From a virus: a stretch of 64,000 nucleotides of DNA. Every line of letters starts with the position of its first letter. Within the stretch, counting starts at the first letter, position 1. Location of the stretch: the IMG/VR virus record IMGVR_UViG_3300008952_002488, positions 1 to 64,000 of that record. The stretch is one strand, 5' to 3'. Of the stretch, positions 38,485-47,649 are shown piece by piece. The position numbers and the translations under genes are program-made. The notes under the pieces were generated by a model, which was given only the letters and a program-made list of their open reading frames with translations, made no database searches and was not told the origin of the DNA.

Positions 38485-39927
38485 ATGTCACAATCAAGAA
38501 GGCCAGATCCTGACTTTTTTCCTGAGCTTTACAGTTATGCCGATAACGGTACTCCAAGTGCGTGGACCCACACAGAAAGAAAAACATACAGAGACTCAAT
38601 AGTACCAACTATTGGACCAAAGCTGCGATACAATTTTTGGGGTGAAGACAGGTACCTCGGAAGAGTAAACAACAAAGGATATGCAATCAGGGTAAACGAA
38701 CAATCTCTTAAACCTCTCAGATATACAGCGGAGGGAAAAACTTTGTTCGCTTTAAATTTTGTGGCTGATGCATGGCGAGATTTTATGGACAGGGTTACTG
38801 ATCTTGCAGACAGAGGGATTTTAAATCCGTCTGGTCCATATATGGCACCCAAAGCAACTAAGGCATTTACAAGTATTACTTCTGAATATCACAATTACAT
38901 GGTGGACATGGTTTATCAATTTTTTGCGACAGAATATTTAAGTATATTTCCGTCGGAGGAAAGAGAAATTGTAGATTTGGACTCCTTCTTGGCTGTGTTT
39001 ACTGCTTATGCTGAAATGATAACTACAAAGACAGGCCCGATGAGTGTTGCTGGGTTTGTGGAGAGTAATCTTTGCTCACCTCTCAATAGCGGACTTGTTA
39101 TCGAAATAGCAGATGAGCGTCACGATGAGGATTTCACCAAATCGGCTCGTTATTTTATGGATGATAATTTTTCTGTGATAACAGCAATAGCTTCACAGTA
39201 CGGATTTGCAATTGATCAAAATGCTCCATGGAGATTTGTAGCGGACGTGCGGTCACCAGCCATGAGAGAATATATGTCAGGAGTCGAGCTTACCGTTTTC
39301 CCAGGTGACCCCAGAAACACAGAGGATGACTGTGGCAATCCAATAATCAGAACGGACTTTGCCTTTGACGATCCATATGGCTACTCACAGATACCAGGCT
39401 ATGCAAACCTTATCAGACATGCTCCAGGGTATTCAGAATTTTCTGGTGCTTTTGAGGCTAGGTCGATAGAAGACGTACACGATATCCTTTATAGTGGTGG
39501 CTTTATCGAATGTTGGCGAACAGACATGGACATTTTAAAAATATATTTGCTTGATTTTTACAACGCCATCGTTGTCAAGCACCCTTCGGTGGCGGTCCTC
39601 GCTGACAACGGCGAGTTGTGCCCTGTCTCCAAGATAGAGGTGATAAAAAGACTTCCCGCAAAAAATGAGGATTTTACAGATGACGGAAAATATGGTAATA
39701 GGTGGAATCTGAAATCTTATTATTTGCTCAGAAGGCTAGAGAGAAGACAAAAAGAAGAGACAAGAACAATCAGAGAAAATCTCAGAGAAGTCATGAATGT
39801 CTACAACTTTACCACCGGAGACTCCGATCTTAAATACATCTTTGCCATGGGACACCTCCAGGCTCAAATGATAGCACCCGTAATCAGAGGGAATTTTAAG
39901 ATGGGCGTTTTAGGTGATATAATATAA
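38485..39927 (+). CDS. hypothetical protein (likely baseplate-associated)
   Basis: 480-aa ORF with AGGAG SD. Confidence 0.6.
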   Translation: MSQSRRPDPDFFPELYSYADNGTPSAWTHTERKTYRDSIVPTIGPKLRYNFWGEDRYLGRVNNKGYAIRVNEQSLKPLRYTAEGKTLFALNFVADAWRDFMDRVTDLADRGILNPSGPYMAPKATKAFTSITSEYHNYMVDMVYQFFATEYLSIFPSEEREIVDLDSFLAVFTAYAEMITTKTGPMSVAGFVESNLCSPLNSGLVIEIADERHDEDFTKSARYFMDDNFSVITAIASQYGFAIDQNAPWRFVADVRSPAMREYMSGVELTVFPGDPRNTEDDCGNPIIRTDFAFDDPYGYSQIPGYANLIRHAPGYSEFSGAFEARSIEDVHDILYSGGFIECWRTDMDILKIYLLDFYNAIVVKHPSVAVLADNGELCPVSKIEVIKRLPAKNEDFTDDGKYGNRWNLKSYYLLRRLERRQKEETRTIRENLREVMNVYNFTTGDSDLKYIFAMGHLQAQMIAPVIRGNFKMGVLGDII

Positions 39928-39951
39928 TAACCCTACCAGAAAGAGAAAGCT

Positions 39952-41172
39952 TTGCTATTTCAGACTCTAGACGATAAAGCCGAGTGTGTCGGAATTTATT
40001 GCGATGGCAACCTTATTTTCGAAAGAGAAGAATTCCCAGACAACATTTCCCAAACATGGAGGTATTCGTCGTACCTTCGTGGTATTGATAATATAGAATA
40101 TGCAAATCTGTATACACAAGGAAAAAAGATACACGAGGTAATACCAGAATATTTAAGAGAAGACTGGGAGGATGTTGCAGGTCGGCTCTTGTCTTTCGAG
40201 AGATCTCTAAGGATAGCCAAAGTTGATCGATCCGATAATTGTATCTACGACCTTACTCCGAGTCGATTTTTGATTGAGTTTTGCGAAGTTAAAAATGAGA
40301 TCACAAAGTACGTTCTAAAGAATCATAAACGCCCGAAAAGGTATGATTACCTACTGAGGGTGTGTCAGATGTTAGAAGATATATCTAACCGCCGATTAAA
40401 TATCAATAGAAAGCATTTACAGGCACACTTACGCTCCAAAAAAACTAAATCCATTGTTAAGCGACTGTTGGATACTGCCCCCTATATAAAATACAATCAA
40501 TTTGGCACGAAAACGGGCAGGCTAACAACAAGGACAGACTCTTTCCCGATTCTTACCCTGAAGAAAAGTTTGAGGACAGCCATCGAGCCCACAAATGATT
40601 ATTTTGTGGAGCTAGATTTTAATGGCGCAGAGGTTCGTGTACTCATGGGCATCTTGGGCATGGAGCAGCCCCCAGAAGATGTACACCAATTTCATAAAGA
40701 TGCTGTTTTTAAGGGATCGACAACCCGTGAGGCAGTTAAGACCGCTTTCTTCGCTTGGCTGTATGGATCTAAGTCTGCTGCGTCTAGCTCTGAAGGGGAA
40801 GCTCTTAGAAAGTTCTATGATAAAGAAAAGATATTAAGACAGTGCTGGGATGGAAAGAACGTCCGCACCCCCTTTGGAAAAGAGATTGGTGATGTAGATG
40901 AACATCATGCCCTGAATTATATCGTACAATCAGCAGCGGCTGACCTAACTCTTCTACAAGCTATGAAGATAGACTACCTTCTTCGAACCCAGGCAAGTAA
41001 GTCAACGTTGTCTTGCATTATTCATGATGCTATAGTTTTAGATTTTGCTAAAGAAGACGAACATTTGTTGCCAAAGATAAAAAGTCTAATGAGTTCTACC
41101 AAATTTGGCGAGTTCGGGATAAATATAAGTAGTGGAAATAATTTAGGAAATCTTAGGGAGTTTTCGGTTTAA
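39952..41172 (+). CDS. compact family A DNA polymerase-like protein (polymerase domain only)
   Basis: TKTGRLT; motif A ELDFNGAEVR; motif B REAVKTAFFAWLYG; NYIVQSAAAD; motif C IIHDA. Confidence 0.8.
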   Translation: MLFQTLDDKAECVGIYCDGNLIFEREEFPDNISQTWRYSSYLRGIDNIEYANLYTQGKKIHEVIPEYLREDWEDVAGRLLSFERSLRIAKVDRSDNCIYDLTPSRFLIEFCEVKNEITKYVLKNHKRPKRYDYLLRVCQMLEDISNRRLNINRKHLQAHLRSKKTKSIVKRLLDTAPYIKYNQFGTKTGRLTTRTDSFPILTLKKSLRTAIEPTNDYFVELDFNGAEVRVLMGILGMEQPPEDVHQFHKDAVFKGSTTREAVKTAFFAWLYGSKSAASSSEGEALRKFYDKEKILRQCWDGKNVRTPFGKEIGDVDEHHALNYIVQSAAADLTLLQAMKIDYLLRTQASKSTLSCIIHDAIVLDFAKEDEHLLPKIKSLMSSTKFGEFGINISSGNNLGNLREFSV

Positions 41173-41173
41173 G

Positions 41174-42028
41174 ATGGAAAAGGTAATAGGGCTTGGAAGA
41201 GTCGGGTGCGGTATCGCAGAGGAATTCACACAGTATCCGGAATACAAAATCTATAAGATAGGTGCAAACTTAGACCGACGGGGCAATCTTGTCCTTGACG
41301 AACAGCCCGACATCCAGGCTTATGAGAATAATTTTGACCTACTTGATGCTGAGGCATACCTAACGAATATTAAACCAGATGATGAGGTTCTTTTTGTTGT
41401 CGGCGGAGGCGAGCCCGTTTCTGGTATCAGTTTATCTCTTTTGGAAATAATAAAAGACGCAAAGATAACAATTTTGTACGTTTGTCCTGATCGGTCAGTT
41501 AGCTCGTTGATACAGAAAAGAGATGATAAGATTGTTTTTAACATCTTGCAAGAGTACAGCCGGAGCGGACTCTTTGAGAAGATGCTTCTTATAGACAGGT
41601 CTAGAGTTGAGGAGCTAGTTGGCGATGTGGCTGTTAGTGAGTATGAAAAAAGCGTATATCATTTCATAGCTTATCTGGTGGCAATGACAAATTACTTTGA
41701 TCACATCGACGCTGTTTTAACGAATAGGTTAGAGCCAAACAAGATCTCAAGAATTGGGACTTTTGGAGTCGCTTCGCTAGACAAGGAGGAAATCAAATAT
41801 ATATTTCCAGTCGAAGAAGAAGAGTATGCTCATTATTATTACGGCATACCGGAAAAAGATCTACAACAAGATAGCGAACTCATGCGGAAAATAAAAAGAC
41901 AAAACAAAGCGTTTACAAAAGAAAATGTCGATGGATATTTTTCAGTTTTCCCGACAACCTTAGATGCCGCCATAGTCCTCTGCATTTTCTATTCAAAAAG
42001 AATACAGTCGTTACCTCTGGAAGGGTGA
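41174..42028 (+). CDS. divergent tubulin/FtsZ-like protein with degenerate GTPase signature
   Basis: N-terminal VIGLGRVGCGIAE; VVGGGEPVSG where the GGGTGSG loop would be. Confidence 0.55.
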   Translation: MEKVIGLGRVGCGIAEEFTQYPEYKIYKIGANLDRRGNLVLDEQPDIQAYENNFDLLDAEAYLTNIKPDDEVLFVVGGGEPVSGISLSLLEIIKDAKITILYVCPDRSVSSLIQKRDDKIVFNILQEYSRSGLFEKMLLIDRSRVEELVGDVAVSEYEKSVYHFIAYLVAMTNYFDHIDAVLTNRLEPNKISRIGTFGVASLDKEEIKYIFPVEEEEYAHYYYGIPEKDLQQDSELMRKIKRQNKAFTKENVDGYFSVFPTTLDAAIVLCIFYSKRIQSLPLEG

Positions 42029-42082
42029 TATTTATATTAAGCTCCGTGTGTTTAACAACCGTGGGCTGCGGAGACCAAATAT

Positions 42083-42520
42083 ATGACTAAGGCCCAACCT
42101 AGGGGCATCTTGTTAGCTTCTTTTTTAACAACTGACTCCGAGGAACAAATACTAGAAGAAGTTCAGTACATTGCTGATAATTTTCAGCTTACCAACAAGT
42201 ATATATTCCTGCTTAGAAACACGGAAGATCCTAATAAAAAGGTGTTGACATATAACGCTGTTATGCAGAAGGGTAAATTTTTAAACCAGCGTTTGTTTAC
42301 TATGAGGATTCACAGAAAGAAGTCCACGAACACGCTTTACACAATAAATGCTTTAAACCTAGCAGTTGCCAAGGATCACGACGGACAGACGGGTAAGCAT
42401 CTAAAGCTTGATTGGGAAAAATATTCCAACAGCATTCTTTTGGTGGTAGCAAAGGAACTGAATGTGCATCCGGTCGAAGTGTTGAAAATATTTAAAATAG
42501 AAGAACCCCCCCAAGAATAA
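42083..42520 (+). CDS. hypothetical protein
   Basis: ORF containing IHRKKSTNTLYTINALN; GGAG SD. Confidence 0.7.
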   Translation: MTKAQPRGILLASFLTTDSEEQILEEVQYIADNFQLTNKYIFLLRNTEDPNKKVLTYNAVMQKGKFLNQRLFTMRIHRKKSTNTLYTINALNLAVAKDHDGQTGKHLKLDWEKYSNSILLVVAKELNVHPVEVLKIFKIEEPPQE

Positions 42521-42525
42521 AAAAC

Positions 42526-42553
42526 TTTACACAATCTAGAAGTGTGGTATATT
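42526..42553 (+). promoter_or_regulatory. sigma70-like promoter TTTACA-N16-TATATT with extended TG
   Basis: Direct read; same N16 architecture at 46108, 51993, 56631, 58265, 60055. Confidence 0.6.
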
Positions 42554-42592
42554 TATTTTAGAAAGCAAGTGGCTGTGCGGTGCTTGCGATCT

Positions 42593-42646
42593 TGACTGCC
42601 TTCGGGAGTCACAAACAACCTTGCTTATAAAGGAGGAAACAACATG
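42593..42646 (+). promoter_or_regulatory. ROSE-like RNA thermometer in the hsp20 5' UTR
   Basis: UUCG hairpin followed by CCUUGCUU pairing with the SD AAGGAGG, with a bulged G. Confidence 0.6.
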
Positions 42647-43060
42647 AGCAATTTAGTACGATACAACACACCTAGTCTTCTTGGACGCAGCATCTTTGAT
42701 GAACTGTTCGGAGACTTCCAATCACTAGCGAGAAAATCAACCTCGGGTTATCCCGTAGCTGACATCTTCTCCAACGAAGACGGGAGCACAACTCTTGAGT
42801 TCGCTCTCGCAGGTTTCAGCAGAGAGGATCTTAGCATTGAGATCCAACCAGAAAAGAGCAGTCTCACTGTGCGTGCGGAAGCCAACACGGAAGGCGACAG
42901 CAATCGACGCATCGCCCGCCGAAGTTTTCAGAAGACCTTTGTGAACTATGACAGCAACCTTGACCTGACGGCAAGCACTGCTGACTTTCACAACGGACTT
43001 CTGTCAGTTACTATCCCACGGAAAGCGGAGACGCAACCCGTGATTATTGATATCAACTAA
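42644..43060 (+). CDS. small heat shock protein (Hsp20/IbpA family)
   Basis: YPVADI, EFALAGFSREDL, RRIARRSF, FHNGLLSVTIP alpha-crystallin motifs. Confidence 0.93.
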   Translation: MSNLVRYNTPSLLGRSIFDELFGDFQSLARKSTSGYPVADIFSNEDGSTTLEFALAGFSREDLSIEIQPEKSSLTVRAEANTEGDSNRRIARRSFQKTFVNYDSNLDLTASTADFHNGLLSVTIPRKAETQPVIIDIN

Positions 43061-43083
43061 GGTATCAAAATACGCACAGCCAG

Positions 43084-43110
43084 AAGGAGGGGTCTAAGCC
43101 CCTCCTTTTT
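43084..43110 (+). terminator. intrinsic terminator
   Basis: AAGGAGGGG-tctaag-CCCCTCCTT followed by a T tract. Confidence 0.85.
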
Positions 43111-43204
43111 CTTAGGAAACAAAAAAAGATTTAGAATTACTATAAACCCTGTGAGGGTGTGTTATAGTAGATGCACGGTCAACTAACCAGTAAAGGAGAA
43201 AATC

Positions 43205-43993
43205 ATGGGTATTGATCTTGATAAAATGCGGCAAAAGCACGCCGCTCTAACGAAGTCTGGCGACGGTCAGGGTGACATGTTCTGGAAGCCAGAAGACGGC
43301 TCGCAGGTTATCCGCCTTGTTTGTCCAACAGACGGCGATCCCTTCAGGGAGTTTTACTTCCATTACGGATTGGGTGCTGAGGGTAAAGCCAGCGTTCTTA
43401 GTCCTCGCACATTTGGCGAGACCGACCCAATCTCGGAGTTTGGTACGAGGCTCTGGAAGAATGGCACGGACGAAGACAAGCAAGCAGCCAAACGCTTTTG
43501 GCCCAAGATGCGAGTCTTTGCTCCCGTCGTCGTTCGTGGGGAAGAGGATAAGGGCGTTCGCTGGTGGGGCTTTTCTAAGACCACTTATGAGAACTTGTTG
43601 AATGTCGTTCTTGATCCTGAGTACGGTGATATCACCGACACCGAAAAGGGAACGGACCTGCGTATTGACTACGGCAAGAAGTCTGGTCAAGCCTTCCCGA
43701 CGACGGACGTGCGCCCAATGCGTAAGAGTTCGCCTCTTGCCAAGACGGATGAGGAGATTGAAAAACTCCTTGGCTCAGTGCCTGATACCACTACTGCCTT
43801 TGAGCGTGTGTCTTATGATGAGTGTGAGCGGATTCTGCACGAAACCCTAGGGGCAGATGCAGCCTCAACTACCGCTGATTCGGAGACAACTCGTTATTCC
43901 GAAAAGACTACTGCCAAGGCTACCACCAAGACGGATAGTAACCTTGAGGGTGTCAGCGATATTGAGTCAGCGTTCGACGATCTATTGGCGTAG
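43205..43993 (+). CDS. single-stranded DNA-binding protein (gp32-like)
   Basis: FWKP..G...IRL, YGDITD..KG.D, acidic C-terminus ending DDLLA. Confidence 0.8.
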   Translation: MGIDLDKMRQKHAALTKSGDGQGDMFWKPEDGSQVIRLVCPTDGDPFREFYFHYGLGAEGKASVLSPRTFGETDPISEFGTRLWKNGTDEDKQAAKRFWPKMRVFAPVVVRGEEDKGVRWWGFSKTTYENLLNVVLDPEYGDITDTEKGTDLRIDYGKKSGQAFPTTDVRPMRKSSPLAKTDEEIEKLLGSVPDTTTAFERVSYDECERILHETLGADAASTTADSETTRYSEKTTAKATTKTDSNLEGVSDIESAFDDLLA

Positions 43994-44053
43994 TTGGCCG
44001 CCAACCCGCAGGGAGGCACGGGGTACAGGTGTCTCTCCATTTATGGAGATAAA

Positions 44054-45124
44054 ATGGCAAACAAAGCTGGAAACAGCCTTGTAAATGATTTGCGAAGCGA
44101 ATTAAACAAGGCTGCCAAAGAGAATATTGCATACGATTTGCACGGGGACAACCCGACAGACGTGAAGACTTGGATCCCAACGGGTTCGACTCTTCTTGAT
44201 TATATTATTTCTAACCGCCGAGATGGCGGCATTCCTGTCGGCAAACTCACCACGATTGCCGGCGAGTCTGCCAGCGGTAAGAGCCTTGTTGTCACGCAGA
44301 TTTTGGCGAACACACAAAAGATGGGAGGGCTCGCTGTTTACATCGACACAGAGAACGCAGCCTCCCCGGACTTCATGGAACAGTTGGGGCTTGACACCAA
44401 GAACAATTTCTTGTATGTGCAGCCCGGCACGGTCGAGGAAGTGTTTGAGAACATTGAGCGATTGATTGGGCGCATCCGTGAGAAAGCCCCAGACAAACTT
44501 GTTTGTATTGTTTGGGACAGCGTTGCGGGAACACCAGTCAAGGCAGAGGTTGAGGGTGACTATGATCCCAACAGTCGCATTGGTCTGACAGCCAAAGCAC
44601 TAGCCAAGGGTATGCGGAAAGTAACCGAAACGCTCGGCAAGGAGCAGATTGCTCTGGTTTTTACCAACCAGTTAAAGACCAACATCGGCGTGATGTTCGG
44701 AGACAACCGAGTGGAGCCCGGCGGAAAGGCTCTGCCCTATCACGCTTCTGCTCGCATCTGGTTGACCCAACACAAAGGCAAAGCCAATGGACAGATACTA
44801 AACGACAAGAAACAGGTCATCGGCTTCCATACGAGTGCCAAGACCATGAAGTCTCGCTTCGGTCCATCACCAAGGAGTTGTGAGTTTGATGTATTGTTTG
44901 ACCTTGCTAATGACCGAGTTGGAGTTAATGATGAGGGCTCCTGGCTTTCTGCCATCGCTGGTACGCCTGGTTGTGTTCGCAGCGGTGCTTGGTATACAAT
45001 CAACGTTGACGGGGAAGATAAAAAGTTCCAAAGTAAGGACTTTCTAAAACTTCTGGAAGACAAGAAATTCAAAGAAAGAGTTCTTGACATTTTAGAAGAC
45101 GAATGTAGAATAGGTAAGAAGTAA
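44054..45124 (+). CDS. recA: RecA/UvsX recombinase
   Basis: GESASGKS, YIDTENA, WDSVAG, FTNQL, PGGKAL; start reassigned to ATG 44054. Confidence 0.93.
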   Translation: MANKAGNSLVNDLRSELNKAAKENIAYDLHGDNPTDVKTWIPTGSTLLDYIISNRRDGGIPVGKLTTIAGESASGKSLVVTQILANTQKMGGLAVYIDTENAASPDFMEQLGLDTKNNFLYVQPGTVEEVFENIERLIGRIREKAPDKLVCIVWDSVAGTPVKAEVEGDYDPNSRIGLTAKALAKGMRKVTETLGKEQIALVFTNQLKTNIGVMFGDNRVEPGGKALPYHASARIWLTQHKGKANGQILNDKKQVIGFHTSAKTMKSRFGPSPRSCEFDVLFDLANDRVGVNDEGSWLSAIAGTPGCVRSGAWYTINVDGEDKKFQSKDFLKLLEDKKFKERVLDILEDECRIGKK

Positions 45125-45142
45125 ACTCTTACCGGAGACCCC

Positions 45143-46099
45143 ATGAAAAGATTGCTTATTATCGATGGACAAAACATGTTCATCCGTAACTATGTTATGT
45201 CTCCCCAACTGGATATCAACGGACATCCTATTGGGGGACTGACTGGTTTTATGCGCTCCCTTCAGAAAGAAGTGCGACGTGCCAAACCCGACCGAGTTGT
45301 AGTTTGTTGGGAAGGCCCAGGCGGCTCACAGAAACGCCGGGAGAAAAACAAGAACTATAAACTTGGACGGAAAGCTCCCAGGCTCAATCGTGAGTACGAG
45401 TTCGCTACACCCGAAGAGGAGCGAGAGAACAAGTACGAGCAACTTCTGCGCCTGACAGAGTACCTAGAGAACCTGCCAATCCTCCAGATGTCCCTTGAGA
45501 ATGTAGAGGCTGACGACATCATCGCCTGGCTGTGTCACTGTAATGAGTATGCCGAGTGGCAGAAGGTTATTGTATCCAACGATCAAGATTTTCTACAGTT
45601 ATGTGATGACAAGACCATTCTGCTACGCCCAGGCAAAAACGAACAAGTTCTCAATAAGAACAAAGTCTTAGAAGAATATGGCATCCATCCTCGCAACTTT
45701 GCGTGGGCTCGTGCCATCGTCGGTGATAAGTCTGACAACCTTGACGGCGTGAAGGGTCTCGGACTGAAGACAGTTTCTAAAAGATTTCCCTTCCTTTCGG
45801 AAAATAAAGACTATGGTCTCGATGACATTATGTCGCACGCAAAAAATAATAAAAATAAAGTAAAGGCATATCAAAATGTTGCCGAAAATGAAGAAATTAT
45901 TGCCTTAAATTATGAAATCATGCAGCTATATACAAGCACCATATCACCACAAGGAGTCAACAAGCTCAAGTATGCGATTCAGAATGACGGGGTTAATCTT
46001 AATCGCTCAGAAATTAGGAAAATGCTCCTCAAGGATGGTATCGGTACTCTTAATATTGACGAATTGATGCTGATGCTTCGCTCTCATAAAAAAGTTTGA
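45143..46099 (+). CDS. 5'-3' exonuclease / RNase H (FEN-like)
   Basis: LIIDGQN, EADDII, SNDQDFLQL, GDKSDNLDGV. Confidence 0.9.
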   Translation: MKRLLIIDGQNMFIRNYVMSPQLDINGHPIGGLTGFMRSLQKEVRRAKPDRVVVCWEGPGGSQKRREKNKNYKLGRKAPRLNREYEFATPEEERENKYEQLLRLTEYLENLPILQMSLENVEADDIIAWLCHCNEYAEWQKVIVSNDQDFLQLCDDKTILLRPGKNEQVLNKNKVLEEYGIHPRNFAWARAIVGDKSDNLDGVKGLGLKTVSKRFPFLSENKDYGLDDIMSHAKNNKNKVKAYQNVAENEEIIALNYEIMQLYTSTISPQGVNKLKYAIQNDGVNLNRSEIRKMLLKDGIGTLNIDELMLMLRSHKKV

Positions 46100-46152
46100 G
46101 AGTGCCCTTTATATTTTCGTCACATGAGTTATAGTGGGGATAAGGAAATCTA

Positions 46153-47649
46153 ATGACCGAACAACAGCACGACACATTTAGTAAGTTCGGAAAGTCCTTC
46201 CAAGAAAAACTAGTAAAGACCATCCTGTTTGACCGCAACTTTGCGAACCAAATGGAAGAGGTCCTTGATACAAACTATCTGGAACTAAAGTACCTACAGG
46301 TTTTTGTAGACCTTTTGATTCAGCATAAACAATCCTACCCGCACCCAACCTACGAAGCAATGGTCTCAGTGGTGCGGACACAGACAGAGGACTACTCTGG
46401 CAGCATTATCAAGCAAGTCATCGAGTTTATGGCTCGCATCAAAAGCAATGCCATCGGGGACGATGATGAAGAATATGTCAAGGAGAAGTCGCTAGACTTC
46501 TGCAAGAAGCAGAAATTAAAAGAAGCCATCCTCAAGTCCGTGGATCTTCTTCAGTCCCAGAGTTTTGACCAGATTCAAAAGGTCATCAACGAGGCGATGA
46601 ACCTGGGTGCCGACAACGACCATGGGCACGACTGGCACCAAGATGTTCTTGACCGTTTTGAGATGAAGATGCGTAACCCCATCTCTACACACTGGGATGA
46701 GATTGATGATATTACCAAGGGCGGCTTAGGCAAGCGAGAGTTGGGCGTCGTCGTTGCCCCGACTGGTGCGGGCAAGAGTATGGCGCTTGCTCATCTTGGT
46801 GCGATGGCTGTGGTCAAAGGCAAGACCGTAGTTCACTACACATTAGAACTTGCGGACACCGTAGTTGGTCAACGCTACCACTCCTGCATCACGGGCATCG
46901 ACATAAAGAATCTAATGTCGATGAAGGATGCCATTGTGATGGCAGTTGAGCACATCCCAGGCAAACTGATCATCAAAGAGTATCCAACCAAGTCAGCCTC
47001 CACCCGCACTATTATCGGGCATCTCGAAAAACTAAAGCAAAAGGGCATCACTCCCGATATGATTATCGTGGACTATGCCGACCTTTTGAAACCAACAGCA
47101 TCTGGGTTCAAGACTCAGGAACTACGCCACAGTCTCGGCAACATCTATGAAGAACTGCGAGCCATCGGGCAAGTTTGGGACATTCCAGTATGGACAGCAT
47201 CCCAAACAAACCGCAGCGGATTGAACGCCGAGGTCATTACGATGGAAGCCATCAGCGAAGCATTTAGCAAGTGCTTTGTGGCTGACTTTATCTGTTCTAT
47301 CTCCCGCACGATTGAGGACAAGACCGAGAACAAAGGTCGTATGTTTGTTGCCAAAAACCGCAACGGCATTGACGGCATTGTCTACCCCATGGAGATTGAC
47401 ACAGCCAAGGTCCATATGAAAGTCTTGCCACCTGACGAGCACTCAACGATTGATGCCGTTGTGATGAAGACTAAACAAGAGCAAGACGAACACCTACGCA
47501 AGAAGTACCAGAAGTTTAAACAAGAACGCCGCAAGACACAACAAGCGGAAGATAATAAAAAAAAAGAAGTGAATGAAAAGAAAAGTCTTAAAGATGAGTT
47601 ACGAGATTTAGCACAAAAACTTAAAGCCGAGGAGCAACAAACAGCATGA
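46153..47649 (+). CDS. replicative DnaB-like helicase (gp41-like)
   Basis: APTGAGKS, IKEYPT, IIVDYAD, TASQTNR, KNRNG. Confidence 0.9.
   Translation: MTEQQHDTFSKFGKSFQEKLVKTILFDRNFANQMEEVLDTNYLELKYLQVFVDLLIQHKQSYPHPTYEAMVSVVRTQTEDYSGSIIKQVIEFMARIKSNAIGDDDEEYVKEKSLDFCKKQKLKEAILKSVDLLQSQSFDQIQKVINEAMNLGADNDHGHDWHQDVLDRFEMKMRNPISTHWDEIDDITKGGLGKRELGVVVAPTGAGKSMALAHLGAMAVVKGKTVVHYTLELADTVVGQRYHSCITGIDIKNLMSMKDAIVMAVEHIPGKLIIKEYPTKSASTRTIIGHLEKLKQKGITPDMIIVDYADLLKPTASGFKTQELRHSLGNIYEELRAIGQVWDIPVWTASQTNRSGLNAEVITMEAISEAFSKCFVADFICSISRTIEDKTENKGRMFVAKNRNGIDGIVYPMEIDTAKVHMKVLPPDEHSTIDAVVMKTKQEQDEHLRKKYQKFKQERRKTQQAEDNKKKEVNEKKSLKDELRDLAQKLKAEEQQTA

Noticed and set aside
43994-44053. N-terminal extension of RecA from TTG 43994
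   Set aside because: The GGAG SD supports ATG 44054; the region looks like structured RNA.
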